Part shown: positions 47,940-57,644 of the stretch, piece after piece
How positions within the stretch are numbered: the first letter of the stretch is position 1
How the letters are laid out: each line of letters begins with the position of its first letter
Origin: an uncultured Sulfitobacter sp.
Lineage (GTDB): Bacteria; Pseudomonadota; Alphaproteobacteria; Rhodobacterales; Rhodobacteraceae
Direction: 5' to 3'
Assembly: GCA_963422245.2 (NCBI GenBank)
Contig: CAXMWW010000032.1
Coordinates: 181,500-245,499, forward strand
Length of the DNA: 64,000 nucleotides
Notes under the pieces: generated by a model
Seen by the model: the letters and a program-made list of their open reading frames with translations, nothing else
Database searches by the model: none
Told to the model about the DNA's origin: nothing
Program-made: the position numbers and the translations under genes

Positions 47940-50900
47940 GTGGGAACACGGTTTTTCTCAACCAAAGATCGCCCGTTTCACTTGGGCCCCTATCCGTTGG
48001 AGCGCTTGCCGCGTGTGGCAGAGGCCGATCTGAGCGCCGTGCCTGCATTCCGGCCCTTGGATTTTCGCAGGCTTGAGACGCCCCATTCGCTGGTCAATGC
48101 GATGGGCGAATATCAGGCGATGATGGATGTGCTGCGCGACGGTGTGGTGAACCCGACGTTGGCTGATGCGCCCGAAGACCCGGATGCGCGCGCCCAGCAC
48201 ATGAAGGCTTTTGGATATTTTCAGGATGCCTCCATGATGGGTGTATGCCGGCTGCCGGACGGGGCGCGTTTGGCTGAGCCCACGCGGAACCCCGACATCA
48301 ACCGGCTGGTGGATGATATCCGCACCAAGCAGACCAAAACGCTGGCCACCGGCATTGATGTGATCATGGCCGAGCTGAAGGAAAGCACGGCCCGTCCGCC
48401 CAGCCCCATTGCGGGCCACACCCATTGCCTTGTGATCCTGTTTGAAAATTCCCGTCCGCCCCGCGAAGGGGAGCCGGGGTATGAGTGGATTGCCGGGGCC
48501 GATGGTCACCGGTCTGCCTTGCGGGCGACGGAAACAGCGGTGATCCTGTCGAACTATCTGCATCTGTTGGGGTTCGAGGCCAAGGCGCATACGGCGACGT
48601 CCTCGGATGTTGACCTCAACCAGCTTGCTGTGGCGTCCGGGTTGGCGACGCCGGAGCTCGGCCGCTTATTTGCGCCATATGTGGGCGAGGGTTTTGGGCT
48701 GGCGGCCGTGACCACGAATATGGAGATCAGCCTGGACCAGCCACTGGCTCCCTGGTCCGAGCAGAGCTATGGCCCTGCTTGGTGGGTCGGCAAAGGCACG
48801 GTGAAGAGTGCGTTCAACCGCGATGCTTACCGCAAGCGGCGCTATGTGGATGGCGCGCACCCTTTCGAGACGCTCAAGCGGGTGGAGGAGCCCACGACTT
48901 TCATTGATGAAGCCCGCGTGGCCCGGGTACCGAAACGGGCGGATATGTTTGCACGCTCCCAATTCGGGGAGTTGGGCAAGAAGACGCAGGAGGGCACGCG
49001 CGGCGGCTGGTATGCGCGCAAGAGCGCCCATGCCTTTGCGCAGCGGCGTATTCTGGGGGCCTTTGTCCTGCTGCAGGGCGGGGAAGGGGAGCCGGAAGCG
49101 CCGAAACCCACCGAGGCCGAACGCAATGCGCAAAACGTCAAGGCGGCGAGCTATTTTCTGGGCGTCGATGCAGTTGGCATTTCGCGCTGTCCGGACTGGA
49201 CGTGGTATAGTCATGATGCCACGGGGGCTGAACTGATCCCGCCCCATGACAACGCGGTCTCCATGATCATTGATCAGGGGTATGAGACGATGGAGGGGGC
49301 CTCTGGCGATGACTGGATCGCCGTGGCGCAATCCATGCGGGCCTATCTGCGGTTCTCATTGCTCGGCGGTGTAATTGCGCGCCAAATCCGCAATATGGGC
49401 TATGCCGCCAAGGCTCATACGGTGATGGATGGCGAGGTGCTGCAACCACCCTTGTTGCTGCTGAGCGGGCTGGGCGAGGTCAGCCGCATTGGCGAGGTCA
49501 TTTTGAACCCGCTTCTGGGGCCGCGGCTGAAATCGGGTGTGGTGACCACGGATATGCCGTTGGCCCACGACAAACCTATCGACTTTGGCCTGCAGAATTT
49601 CTGCGAAAGCTGCAAGAAGTGCGCGCGGGAGTGTCCTTCGGGTGCGATCACGGCTGGGCCGAAGTTGATGTTCAACGGCTATGAGATCTGGAAGTCTGAC
49701 AGCCAGAAATGCACTACCTACCGGATCACCACCGAAGGTGGGGCGATGTGTGGCCGCTGCATGAAGACCTGCCCGTGGAACCTGGAAGGGATTTTCGCAG
49801 AGAAGCCTTTTCGCTGGCTGGCGATGAACCTGCCTTCTGCTGCTCCTGCGCTGGCGCGGCTGGATGACAAGGTTGGCAACGGCGGGCTGAACGATGCCAA
49901 GAAGTGGTGGTGGGATTTGGAGCTGAAGCAGGATGGCGGCTACAAGGCTCCGGCTGCCCCGGTGAACCGCCGCGACCTCGATGTGGGGCTGGAGGTCAAG
50001 TACGAAGACCAGACGCTGGCCGTTTACCCCGCGCACCTGACCCCCTGGCCCTGGCCGTACCCCTTTGCGATGGACCGCGAGGCGGGGATCAAGGCCTATG
50101 AGGAGCTGATCACACCCGTCGAGTACAAGGCGCGGCTTGCACGGGGTGAAACCGAAGGGTTGGCGCATGAAAGGCGCAGCTTTGACGATGCGCCGGTGGT
50201 TATGGCCCGCGTGTCGAAGGTGGAGGCGATGACAGCGGATGTCACCAAGTTTGAGTTCACCGCATGGGACGGCGCGCCTTTGCCGGCCTGGACGGCGGGT
50301 GGGCATCTGGATGTGGTCGTCACGCCTGATTTTTTGCGCCAGTACTCGATGTCTGGGGACCCGGCAGATACGTCCAAATATCAGATCGGCGTGCTGCGCG
50401 AGGATGAAGGACGCGGCGGCTCCAAGATGCTGCACCGTATTTTTAACGAAGGGCGGCGTGTGTTCCTTTCCAAACCGATAAACCATTTCGAGCTGGTGGA
50501 GGATGCGACAAAGACCTTTCTGATGGGCGGTGGCATCGGGATCACGCCAATGATCGCATTCGCCCACCGTCTGCACGCACTGGGCGCGGATTTTGCGCTG
50601 CACTATTCGGTCAGTTGTCGGGAGGATGCCGGATTTCTGGAGGATCTGGCGGCGATGCCCTGGGCGGACAGGGTGCACTACCACGTCTCGGACGAAGGGA
50701 CGCGGGCGGATTTGGATGCGGTGTTGAGGGGGTATGCCGACGGCTGGCACGTCTACACCTGCGGGCCGGACCGTTACATGACGGGCGTGATGGATGCGGC
50801 GGAGCGGCAGGGTTTTCCCGAAGAGGCGCGACATCTGGAGTATTTCTCTGTCCCTGAGCAGCCGGAGTATGTGAACCACATATTCCGGGTGAAGCTGGCG

Positions 50901-51140
50901 CGGGACGGTCGGGTGTTTGAGGTGCCCGAAGATCAGTCGATATCGGATGTGCTGCTGGCGCATGGTGTCCCGGTGGATGTGAAGTGCGCGGACGGCATTT
51001 GTGGGGTTTGCAAATGCGGCTATCAGGGTGAGGTGGAGCACCGCGATTTTGTGCTCTCCAAGGCGCAGCGCGAAGGCGAGATCATCACTTGTCAGTCCCG
51101 CGCGGCGGCTGGGGTCGAGGAGATTACACTCGATATTTGA
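47940..51140 (+). CDS. rdhA: Self-sufficient catabolic (BhbA-type) cobalamin reductive dehalogenase: RdhA core + FAD/NAD(P)H reductase + [2Fe-2S], 1066 aa
   Basis: RPFHLGPYPLERL N-terminus, GLGEVSRIG, CESCKKCARECP and CGRCMKTCP 4Fe-4S motifs, RQYSM, GRGGS, GGIGITP, YTCGP, CADGICGVC..C; no Tat signal. Confidence 0.9.
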   Translation: MGTRFFSTKDRPFHLGPYPLERLPRVAEADLSAVPAFRPLDFRRLETPHSLVNAMGEYQAMMDVLRDGVVNPTLADAPEDPDARAQHMKAFGYFQDASMMGVCRLPDGARLAEPTRNPDINRLVDDIRTKQTKTLATGIDVIMAELKESTARPPSPIAGHTHCLVILFENSRPPREGEPGYEWIAGADGHRSALRATETAVILSNYLHLLGFEAKAHTATSSDVDLNQLAVASGLATPELGRLFAPYVGEGFGLAAVTTNMEISLDQPLAPWSEQSYGPAWWVGKGTVKSAFNRDAYRKRRYVDGAHPFETLKRVEEPTTFIDEARVARVPKRADMFARSQFGELGKKTQEGTRGGWYARKSAHAFAQRRILGAFVLLQGGEGEPEAPKPTEAERNAQNVKAASYFLGVDAVGISRCPDWTWYSHDATGAELIPPHDNAVSMIIDQGYETMEGASGDDWIAVAQSMRAYLRFSLLGGVIARQIRNMGYAAKAHTVMDGEVLQPPLLLLSGLGEVSRIGEVILNPLLGPRLKSGVVTTDMPLAHDKPIDFGLQNFCESCKKCARECPSGAITAGPKLMFNGYEIWKSDSQKCTTYRITTEGGAMCGRCMKTCPWNLEGIFAEKPFRWLAMNLPSAAPALARLDDKVGNGGLNDAKKWWWDLELKQDGGYKAPAAPVNRRDLDVGLEVKYEDQTLAVYPAHLTPWPWPYPFAMDREAGIKAYEELITPVEYKARLARGETEGLAHERRSFDDAPVVMARVSKVEAMTADVTKFEFTAWDGAPLPAWTAGGHLDVVVTPDFLRQYSMSGDPADTSKYQIGVLREDEGRGGSKMLHRIFNEGRRVFLSKPINHFELVEDATKTFLMGGGIGITPMIAFAHRLHALGADFALHYSVSCREDAGFLEDLAAMPWADRVHYHVSDEGTRADLDAVLRGYADGWHVYTCGPDRYMTGVMDAAERQGFPEEARHLEYFSVPEQPEYVNHIFRVKLARDGRVFEVPEDQSISDVLLAHGVPVDVKCADGICGVCKCGYQGEVEHRDFVLSKAQREGEIITCQSRAAAGVEEITLDI

Positions 51141-51202
51141 ACATTTTACGGGAGCGGGCTTTGGCGCTTTTTCCGCGCTGAAATTGTGTGCCTATGCGAT
51201 TT

Positions 51203-51240
51203 AGACACCGCTGTGTAGACGCGTCTACAGAGCGGTGTCT
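51203..51240. repeat. 38 bp perfect palindrome, copy C
   Basis: AGACACCGCTGTGTAGACGCGTCTACACAGCGGTGTCT equals its reverse complement. Confidence 0.9.
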
Positions 51241-51435
51241 GTAATTTTGAGGGGCGTAAAATTCTGTTATTTATGACATTTTCAGCGATTTGCGTTCATG
51301 CAATGGCTCACATGAAGTCCGAATCGAGTGTTTTCCGTCTTAGTGGTGCTAAGTGCTCCGATTGAACACCGGATCGTCTGAGAGACGGAAACCATCGTCA
51401 GGATCACGCATCAAATCGGCAAGCTGCGACGCTTC

Positions 51436-51852
51436 TCAATCCGGTCTACCGGGTTCATCCGGATTGCTGGAGAAAATTGCAATCTTGTTGCCCTGCGGAT
51501 CCCGCAGGTAGCTCACAAAAAACGTCGGGCCATAATCCGCACGGAACCCGGGCTGGCCTTCATCCGACCCGCCCGCTGCAAGGGCTGCTGCATGCAGGTC
51601 ACGCACCTGCTGCTGGGAACGCGCCTCAAAAGCCACCATGTTGCCATTCCCGGCTGAAGCCGCTGCGCCATTAAACGGTCTTTTCACATAGAAATCCGGG
51701 CCCGCAGGCCGACCATCGGGACCCACCGGCAATACATAGCTCAGGTCACCGTGGTAGTGCTCCAGTTCATATCCAAGCGCGGGCAGGAAGGCGGAATAGA
51801 ACCGTTCTGCCGCGGCCATATCGTCAACACCGATGGTGATATAGGCGATCAT
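51436..51852 (-). CDS. VOC (glyoxalase/bleomycin resistance) family protein
   Basis: YITIGVDD, AGNGNMVAF, GGSDEGQPG, YLRDPQGNK. Confidence 0.9.
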   Translation of the reverse strand: MIAYITIGVDDMAAAERFYSAFLPALGYELEHYHGDLSYVLPVGPDGRPAGPDFYVKRPFNGAAASAGNGNMVAFEARSQQQVRDLHAAALAAGGSDEGQPGFRADYGPTFFVSYLRDPQGNKIAIFSSNPDEPGRPD

Positions 51853-51863
51853 CTCATCGTCCT

Positions 51864-53033
51864 TCAGTAAGGCAGGCCGACGTAGTTTTGCGCGAGCACG
51901 GATTGCGCCTCATCGTTGGATCTCAAGAACGCCACCTCAGCCATCTGCATCTTGTGGTCAAACTCCGACTGATGCGGAAAATGGTGAAGCAGGGACGTCA
52001 TCCACCAACTGAACCGTTCCGCCTTCCAGACCCGCGCCAGCGCGCGTTCGGAGTAACGCGCCACACCTTGATCGTCACCCTCAAGGTACTGCTGCTTCAA
52101 GGCCTCTGCCAGATAATAGACATCGCTGGCAGCTGTATTGAGCCCCTTGGCCCCGGTCGGCGGCACGATATGCGCGGCATCGCCGCACAGGAACAATCGG
52201 CCCCATTGCATTGGCTCGCACACGAACGACCGCAAAGGGGCAATGGATTTCTCGATGGAGGGGCCGGTTTCAAGCGTATCAGCAAATTCATCGGGGATCC
52301 GGCGGCGCAACTCGTCCCAGAACGCCTGATCGGACCAGTTGGCTGGATCATCGCCCGCCTCGCACTGCACGTAGTATCGGCTGAGGTTCGCATTGCGCAT
52401 GGAGCACAGGGCAAAGCCCGCGTCTGAGTTGGCGTAGATCAGCTCTTCATGCACGGGGGGCGTTTCCGACAGGATGCCGAGCCAACCGAAAGGGTAGACC
52501 TTCTCAAACTCGCGCCGCGCCTCTGCCGGGATGGTCTGGCGGCTGACGCCGTGAAAGCCGTCGCAGCCTGCGACATAGTCACAATCGATGCGGTGGTTTT
52601 GCCCGCCTTGGGTGAAGGTTACATAAGGCGCGTCGGTTTTGGGGTCGTCGATCACCACGTCTTCGACCTCGTAGATCACCTGCGCCCCATCTGCCTCGCG
52701 CCCGGCGTAGAGGTCGGCGGTCACCTCTGTCTGGCCATACACCATGACGGTCGTGTTGGTGTGGTGCGCCAGATCGATGCGGATGCGGTCGTCGTTGTAG
52801 GCAATGACCGTGCCGTCATGCACAAAGCCTTCGTGGTCCATGCGGTCCCCCAGCCCCAAGTCGCGCAGTTGGTTGACTGTACCAACCTCCAGCACACCCG
52901 CGCGGATGCGGCCCAGCACGTAGTCCTTGGTCTTGCGCTCTAGCACCACGTTGTCGATCCCGGCCCGCGTGAGATGCTGACCCAGCAAGAGCCCCGACGG
53001 CCCTCCGCCAATGATGACAACCTGTGTGCGCAT
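51864..53033 (-). CDS. pobA: 4-hydroxybenzoate 3-monooxygenase
   Basis: GGGPSG, RIRAGVLE, GCDGFHG, YPFGWLG, GDAAHIVPPTGAKGLN, NYVGLPY. Confidence 0.96.
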   Translation of the reverse strand: MRTQVVIIGGGPSGLLLGQHLTRAGIDNVVLERKTKDYVLGRIRAGVLEVGTVNQLRDLGLGDRMDHEGFVHDGTVIAYNDDRIRIDLAHHTNTTVMVYGQTEVTADLYAGREADGAQVIYEVEDVVIDDPKTDAPYVTFTQGGQNHRIDCDYVAGCDGFHGVSRQTIPAEARREFEKVYPFGWLGILSETPPVHEELIYANSDAGFALCSMRNANLSRYYVQCEAGDDPANWSDQAFWDELRRRIPDEFADTLETGPSIEKSIAPLRSFVCEPMQWGRLFLCGDAAHIVPPTGAKGLNTAASDVYYLAEALKQQYLEGDDQGVARYSERALARVWKAERFSWWMTSLLHHFPHQSEFDHKMQMAEVAFLRSNDEAQSVLAQNYVGLPY

Positions 53034-53208
53034 GTCTGATCCTTCCCAAGTGGAAGTTCTGCACCAAGACAAAGACATATGCCAGTCATCCGTTAAAGGT
53101 TTCCAACCACACATAAGGGTCGACTGACCTCAGTGCTTTTCAACCGGGGCCATTCCATGGATGATGCGGCCAAGGGTTGCCTTAAGGCGCGGCAGCGGAG
53201 GGATTTGC

Positions 53209-53910
53209 ATGAAACAGGCAGTCATCACCGGAGGCACGCGGGGCATCGGCGCGGGGGTCGCGCGGGTGCTGGCCACCTCGGGTTGGTCCGTGGTGGCGGC
53301 GTCCGTCTCCCAGGCGGAGATTGACGCATTTGAGCCGCAAGATGGGATCAGCACCGCGCTTCTTGATGTGACCGATCAGGCCTCAGTGGATGCGCTTTTT
53401 GGCGCGCAAACCCGGCTCGATGCGCTGGTGAATTGCGCCGGTATTCTTGTGCGGGGTGAAGAGTACGATATCGACATCTTTGCAAAGGTGCTGGACGTCA
53501 ACCTGACCGGCACCATGCGCTGCTGTCTGGCGGCACGCTCTTTGCTGTCTGAAAGCAAAGGGGCGATTGTGAACACCGCGTCCATGCTCAGCACCTTTGG
53601 CGGGCCGCTTGTGCCTGCCTATTCGGCCTCAAAGGGCGGCGTGGCGCAGCTGACCAAGGCGCTGGCGGGCAAATGGGCGGAGGACGGCATCCGCGTCAAC
53701 GCCATCGCGCCCGGTTGGATTGAGACGGAAATGACCCAAGGCTTGCGTGACAGCCCCGAGCGTACCGCAGGCATCATGGCCCGTACCCCCATGAACCGTT
53801 GGGGGCGGCCAGAGGAAGTGGGCGCGCTGGTTGCGTGGCTCTTGAGTGAAAACGCCAGCTTTGTCACCGGGTCGGTCTACCCGGTTGATGGTGGCTATCT
53901 GGCGATGTGA
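53209..53910 (+). CDS. SDR oxidoreductase
   Basis: [27 protein letters not shown]. Confidence 0.9.
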   Translation: MKQAVITGGTRGIGAGVARVLATSGWSVVAASVSQAEIDAFEPQDGISTALLDVTDQASVDALFGAQTRLDALVNCAGILVRGEEYDIDIFAKVLDVNLTGTMRCCLAARSLLSESKGAIVNTASMLSTFGGPLVPAYSASKGGVAQLTKALAGKWAEDGIRVNAIAPGWIETEMTQGLRDSPERTAGIMARTPMNRWGRPEEVGALVAWLLSENASFVTGSVYPVDGGYLAM

Positions 53911-53920
53911 GGAGAGAAAG

Positions 53921-54439
53921 ATGAAAGACGAAGATACATCACGCATGCCCTACCAACTGCCGTTCCCCAAGGACGCGCAGGAGGAGATCGTGATCCCCAA
54001 TGCCGCAAGCGAAGATGAACGGCTGTGGGTGAAGCAGGCGGAGAACGTCTGGTTCCGCCCGCTCTGTCTGAACCGGTCGCAGGGGTATTGGATGAACCTG
54101 CTGAAGGTGAAGAAGGCGGGCGTACTGTCGCGCCACCGTCACCCGCAGCCGGTGCATGGTTTCGTGCTGAAAGGGCGCTGGCACTATCTGGAACACGACT
54201 GGACCGCAGAGGAGGGCGGCTATGTTTATGAGCCCCCGGGAGAGACCCACACGCTGGTTGTGCCGGATGATGTGGAGGAAATGATCACTTATTTTCAGGT
54301 CAATGGCGTGATGTGCTATGTCGATCCTTGGGGAGAAGTCACCGGATACGAGGACGTGTTCAGCAAGATCGACCTGTGCCGCAAGCACTTTGCAGAAGTG
54401 GGACTGGGCGAAGACTACGTGGATCAGTTTATTCGGTAG
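53921..54439 (+). CDS. 2,4'-dihydroxyacetophenone dioxygenase-family cupin
   Basis: RHRHPQPVHG, GRWHYLEHDW, EPPGETHTL cupin motifs as in DAD; GGAG RBS. Confidence 0.83.
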   Translation: MKDEDTSRMPYQLPFPKDAQEEIVIPNAASEDERLWVKQAENVWFRPLCLNRSQGYWMNLLKVKKAGVLSRHRHPQPVHGFVLKGRWHYLEHDWTAEEGGYVYEPPGETHTLVVPDDVEEMITYFQVNGVMCYVDPWGEVTGYEDVFSKIDLCRKHFAEVGLGEDYVDQFIR

Positions 54440-55151
54440 TCTTCTCAGCCGGGAGTGTTGGAAGCGCGCGCGGGTGAGGGGGGGTGGCCAAGGCCTTTGC
54501 CATCCGGGTCACGCCGACCTGGGCCAGGCCTTTCAGGTTGTCCACGAACCAAGGCTCATAGAGCCAATCAGGTTCGTTCTTCACGGCAAATGAAAGCGCG
54601 CCTTCGATTGCCGCGACGATTGCAAGTGCCTCTTTTTGGGCGGCCAAGGTGGGTTCAGCGCTTCCTGCAACAATTGGGACCAGAACGGACGCGAAATGGC
54701 GGACGACGTCGGCTGAGAAATCACTGCCATTTTCATCCGTCGGGACCTTGGCTAGCGCAAGGCTCAGCGCAGAGTGTTTTCTTTTAACCTCAAGAATGGC
54801 CTCCAATGCCGCACCCAAGCGGTCGACCGGGTCAGACGTTTCGGGTGTGGCCAGGTTTGACGTGACCGCTTCGGACATCACGCGGAAGTACTCTGTGCGC
54901 ACGGCCTCCGTCAACGCGGCCTTGTTCGGGTAGTATTGGTAAAGCGTTCCAACAGACACACCGGCGCGTTCTGCCACGCGGGTTGTCGTGAGGCGCTCAA
55001 TCCCCTGTTGCACCAAAACCTGAATGGTTGCTTCCAGTATCGCCGCGCAAGTCGCTTGGGACCGAGACTGAACCGGTTGTTTTCTATTGGCTTTTGCCGT
55101 GCTGACGGGGGCTTCGCCAAATGCGAATGTCAAACCTGAAGGATTATTCAT
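54429..55151 (-). CDS. TetR/AcrR family regulator (start uncertain)
   Basis: RKQPVQSRS, TTTRVAERAGVSVGTLYQYYPNK. Confidence 0.88.
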   Translation of the reverse strand: MNNPSGLTFAFGEAPVSTAKANRKQPVQSRSQATCAAILEATIQVLVQQGIERLTTTRVAERAGVSVGTLYQYYPNKAALTEAVRTEYFRVMSEAVTSNLATPETSDPVDRLGAALEAILEVKRKHSALSLALAKVPTDENGSDFSADVVRHFASVLVPIVAGSAEPTLAAQKEALAIVAAIEGALSFAVKNEPDWLYEPWFVDNLKGLAQVGVTRMAKALATPPHPRALPTLPAEKTTE

Positions 55152-55198
55152 ATATTCCTTGTGACACGAAGCGCAGCTTTCTTCAACGGAGAACGATC

Positions 55199-56101
55199 AT
55201 GAAAACGATACTGATTACAGGGGCGACACGGGGCTTGGGCCTCGCCTTTGCCGAACGCCACGTAGAGGTTGGCGACGTCCGTCTCGTTCTGGCTGTTCGT
55301 GATCTTGATGCGGGCCAAGAGTTGGCAAAGCGTCTGGGCAAGAATGTCGAAGCGGTTCATCTGGATATGGCTTCCAGCCGGTCTATCGGGGCCTTTCTGG
55401 AGGCATGGACCGCGCCTGTTGACGCATTGATCAATAATGCCGGGTTGCAGGTGCACGGGCCAGTTGCGTATTCCGAGGACGGTGTTGAGCTATCGCTCGC
55501 GGTAAACCACCTTGGGGTTCTTCAACTGACAATGGGCCTGCTGCGCTTGCTGGGCGGCGGGACGGTGATGACCATCGGCAGTGGGACGCATAACCCAAAT
55601 GACAAGCTCGCGGGGGTGTTTGGCTTCCGTGGTGGTCGGTTTAGTTCCATCGAGGCGCTGGCAAAAGGCGTGACGGATGCGACAAGCGAGCGCCAGGCGG
55701 GGATGGACCGCTACGCGACCAGCAAGCTGGCTGCGATGGCCACAACTGCTGAGCTAGCGCGGCGGCATCCTGACACGCGGTTCATGACACTTAATCCGGG
55801 TCTGATGCCCGGAACGGGGCTGGTTCGGACGGCCCCCAGGATCATTCAGGCCGCGTGGAAGTTCATTCTGCCGCTCGCTATTCCTTTGATGCCCGGTGCA
55901 AGCACGCCAGCGGCGTCGGCCAAAGCTGGGTGTCTGGTCTTGATGGACCCTCAAAGCATCTCCGGCGCGACTTACGACCACCACGCAAAGGTGTCGACGG
56001 ATGTCTGGGGCAAAGTTGAGGACCCGGCATTTGGGCGGTTGGTCGTGGACCAGTCGCTGGCGTTTCTGCGCCGGGATACTGCGGAAAGCGCAGCCGCGTA
56101 G
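55199..56101 (+). CDS. SDR oxidoreductase (protochlorophyllide/retinol reductase-like)
   Basis: TGATRGLG, NNAG, AVNHLG, YATSK, NPGLMPGTGL. Confidence 0.88.
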   Translation: MKTILITGATRGLGLAFAERHVEVGDVRLVLAVRDLDAGQELAKRLGKNVEAVHLDMASSRSIGAFLEAWTAPVDALINNAGLQVHGPVAYSEDGVELSLAVNHLGVLQLTMGLLRLLGGGTVMTIGSGTHNPNDKLAGVFGFRGGRFSSIEALAKGVTDATSERQAGMDRYATSKLAAMATTAELARRHPDTRFMTLNPGLMPGTGLVRTAPRIIQAAWKFILPLAIPLMPGASTPAASAKAGCLVLMDPQSISGATYDHHAKVSTDVWGKVEDPAFGRLVVDQSLAFLRRDTAESAAA

Positions 56102-56166
56102 CCTTCGCAACTTAGAGCGACGTTTCCCTCCTGCCTGCCAATTTCTGAACAACCCAAGAGCTCCTG

Positions 56167-57288
56167 ATGAAACGCATACTCATCCGACTTTTTGCCGCTC
56201 TCGGCATTCTTCTTGTTGCCGCTCTGGTGGCTGTGAAACTGATCTACGGCGGCGGCATGCTGTATCCCAGCGTTGCAACACCGCCGATGGTGGCGGGGGA
56301 TGAGCGTGCGATTGAATTGCCCTATCCGCCCGGAATGGTCGCGGTCGGGGCAGAGGGGCGGGTGTTTTATACCTATCATCCCTTTCACCGGCCGCAGGAT
56401 CATACCGATCATCTGGTGTTTGAATGGCGGGACGGGGCGGGAGTTCCGGTTGCGCCTGACCTCGCAGGGCGGTTGCAGGGTGTCTTTGGCATCACTGTGG
56501 ATGCGCGAGGATGGCTGTGGCTTGTGCGTCCAGGTGCCATGGAAGGGCGACCGACCGAGGTGCTTGCGCTAGACCCTGACACCGGTACGCTCCTTTTCGA
56601 ATTCGAGTTTCCCAAGGGCAGTGCAGGGTTCGCGCAGGACTTGCGGGTGACCTCAGACGGGCGCCACGTTGTTCTGGCCGATACCGGTCTGTTGCGGTTT
56701 ACCCCTGCCGCCCTGATCGTACTCGACACGGAAAACCAGACCTTCCGGACGGTGTTGGAAGACCACGACACAACCGCGCCTCAGGACTGGGTTATGCGCC
56801 GCACGGACGGGAGGCCATATCGTCTAGGCTTCGGGCTTGTGACATTTCAGGTGGGCGTTGATGGGATCGAGATCAGCGCAGATGGCGATTGGCTGGTCTA
56901 TGCGACGATGACGCATGACAGTGTTTACCGTGTTCCGATGAACGTGCTGCTTGATCCGGAGACTTCAGATCAGCAGGTGAGCGCCGCAATCCAGCGATTG
57001 GGGCCTGCGCCGATGAGCGACGGGATCGCGCTGGACGCAGCCGGGGGTGTTGTGATCACGGACGTGGAAAACGGCGGCCTTGCTGTGCTGCGGGACGGAT
57101 CATTGCGGACCCTTGTCGAGATAGAAGGCGTCGATTGGGCAGACAGCGTCGCCGTCGCGCCAAATGGCGACATCTGGTTCACAGACAGCCGCTTGACCGA
57201 CCTTTTGGGGCCCTTCGGTGAGCCGTCTGACGCCGCCACAATGGCGGGCTCAGCACCCTTCGCGATTTATCGTGTTGCAGCTGAGTGA
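56167..57288 (+). CDS. Yellow/major royal jelly protein-like beta-propeller with N-terminal membrane anchor
   Basis: Hydrophobic N-terminus; AQDLRV, GVDGIEIS, MSDGIALD, WADS repeats. Confidence 0.75.
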   Translation: MKRILIRLFAALGILLVAALVAVKLIYGGGMLYPSVATPPMVAGDERAIELPYPPGMVAVGAEGRVFYTYHPFHRPQDHTDHLVFEWRDGAGVPVAPDLAGRLQGVFGITVDARGWLWLVRPGAMEGRPTEVLALDPDTGTLLFEFEFPKGSAGFAQDLRVTSDGRHVVLADTGLLRFTPAALIVLDTENQTFRTVLEDHDTTAPQDWVMRRTDGRPYRLGFGLVTFQVGVDGIEISADGDWLVYATMTHDSVYRVPMNVLLDPETSDQQVSAAIQRLGPAPMSDGIALDAAGGVVITDVENGGLAVLRDGSLRTLVEIEGVDWADSVAVAPNGDIWFTDSRLTDLLGPFGEPSDAATMAGSAPFAIYRVAAE

Positions 57289-57644
57289 GACCAATATGCA
57301 CGGCGGATTAGCGGATTGAACCGCGTGAGGCAACTTCTGTTCACACTCTGATTTAACGTGAATCCCGAGGCAGCGATTGCATACTGCTACCAGAGGCTGT
57401 CGGACGCTTCATCCCTGCTAGAAAGGGGATGCGCGGGTCGCCTCATGGCCCGTCCAGTTTATGCGTACCCAATCAGACAGAGACCTTGTTAATGCCTGGC
57501 TGGGCCATCAGCTGGTTGACCGGGGAATTTCCCCAATGACAATCCTCCCCCGGTTGGAGGAGCGGCGAAGGTTAGTTGGGTATGCTGTCTTTGACGCATC
57601 AGCGACTTTAGAGACCCGTTTGGCACGTGCCCAATGCGCGACTA

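Noticed and set aside
51330-51393. Inverted repeat TTTCCGTCT/AGACGGAAA as sRNA or IS end
   Set aside because: Only 9 bp perfect, single occurrence, no further support
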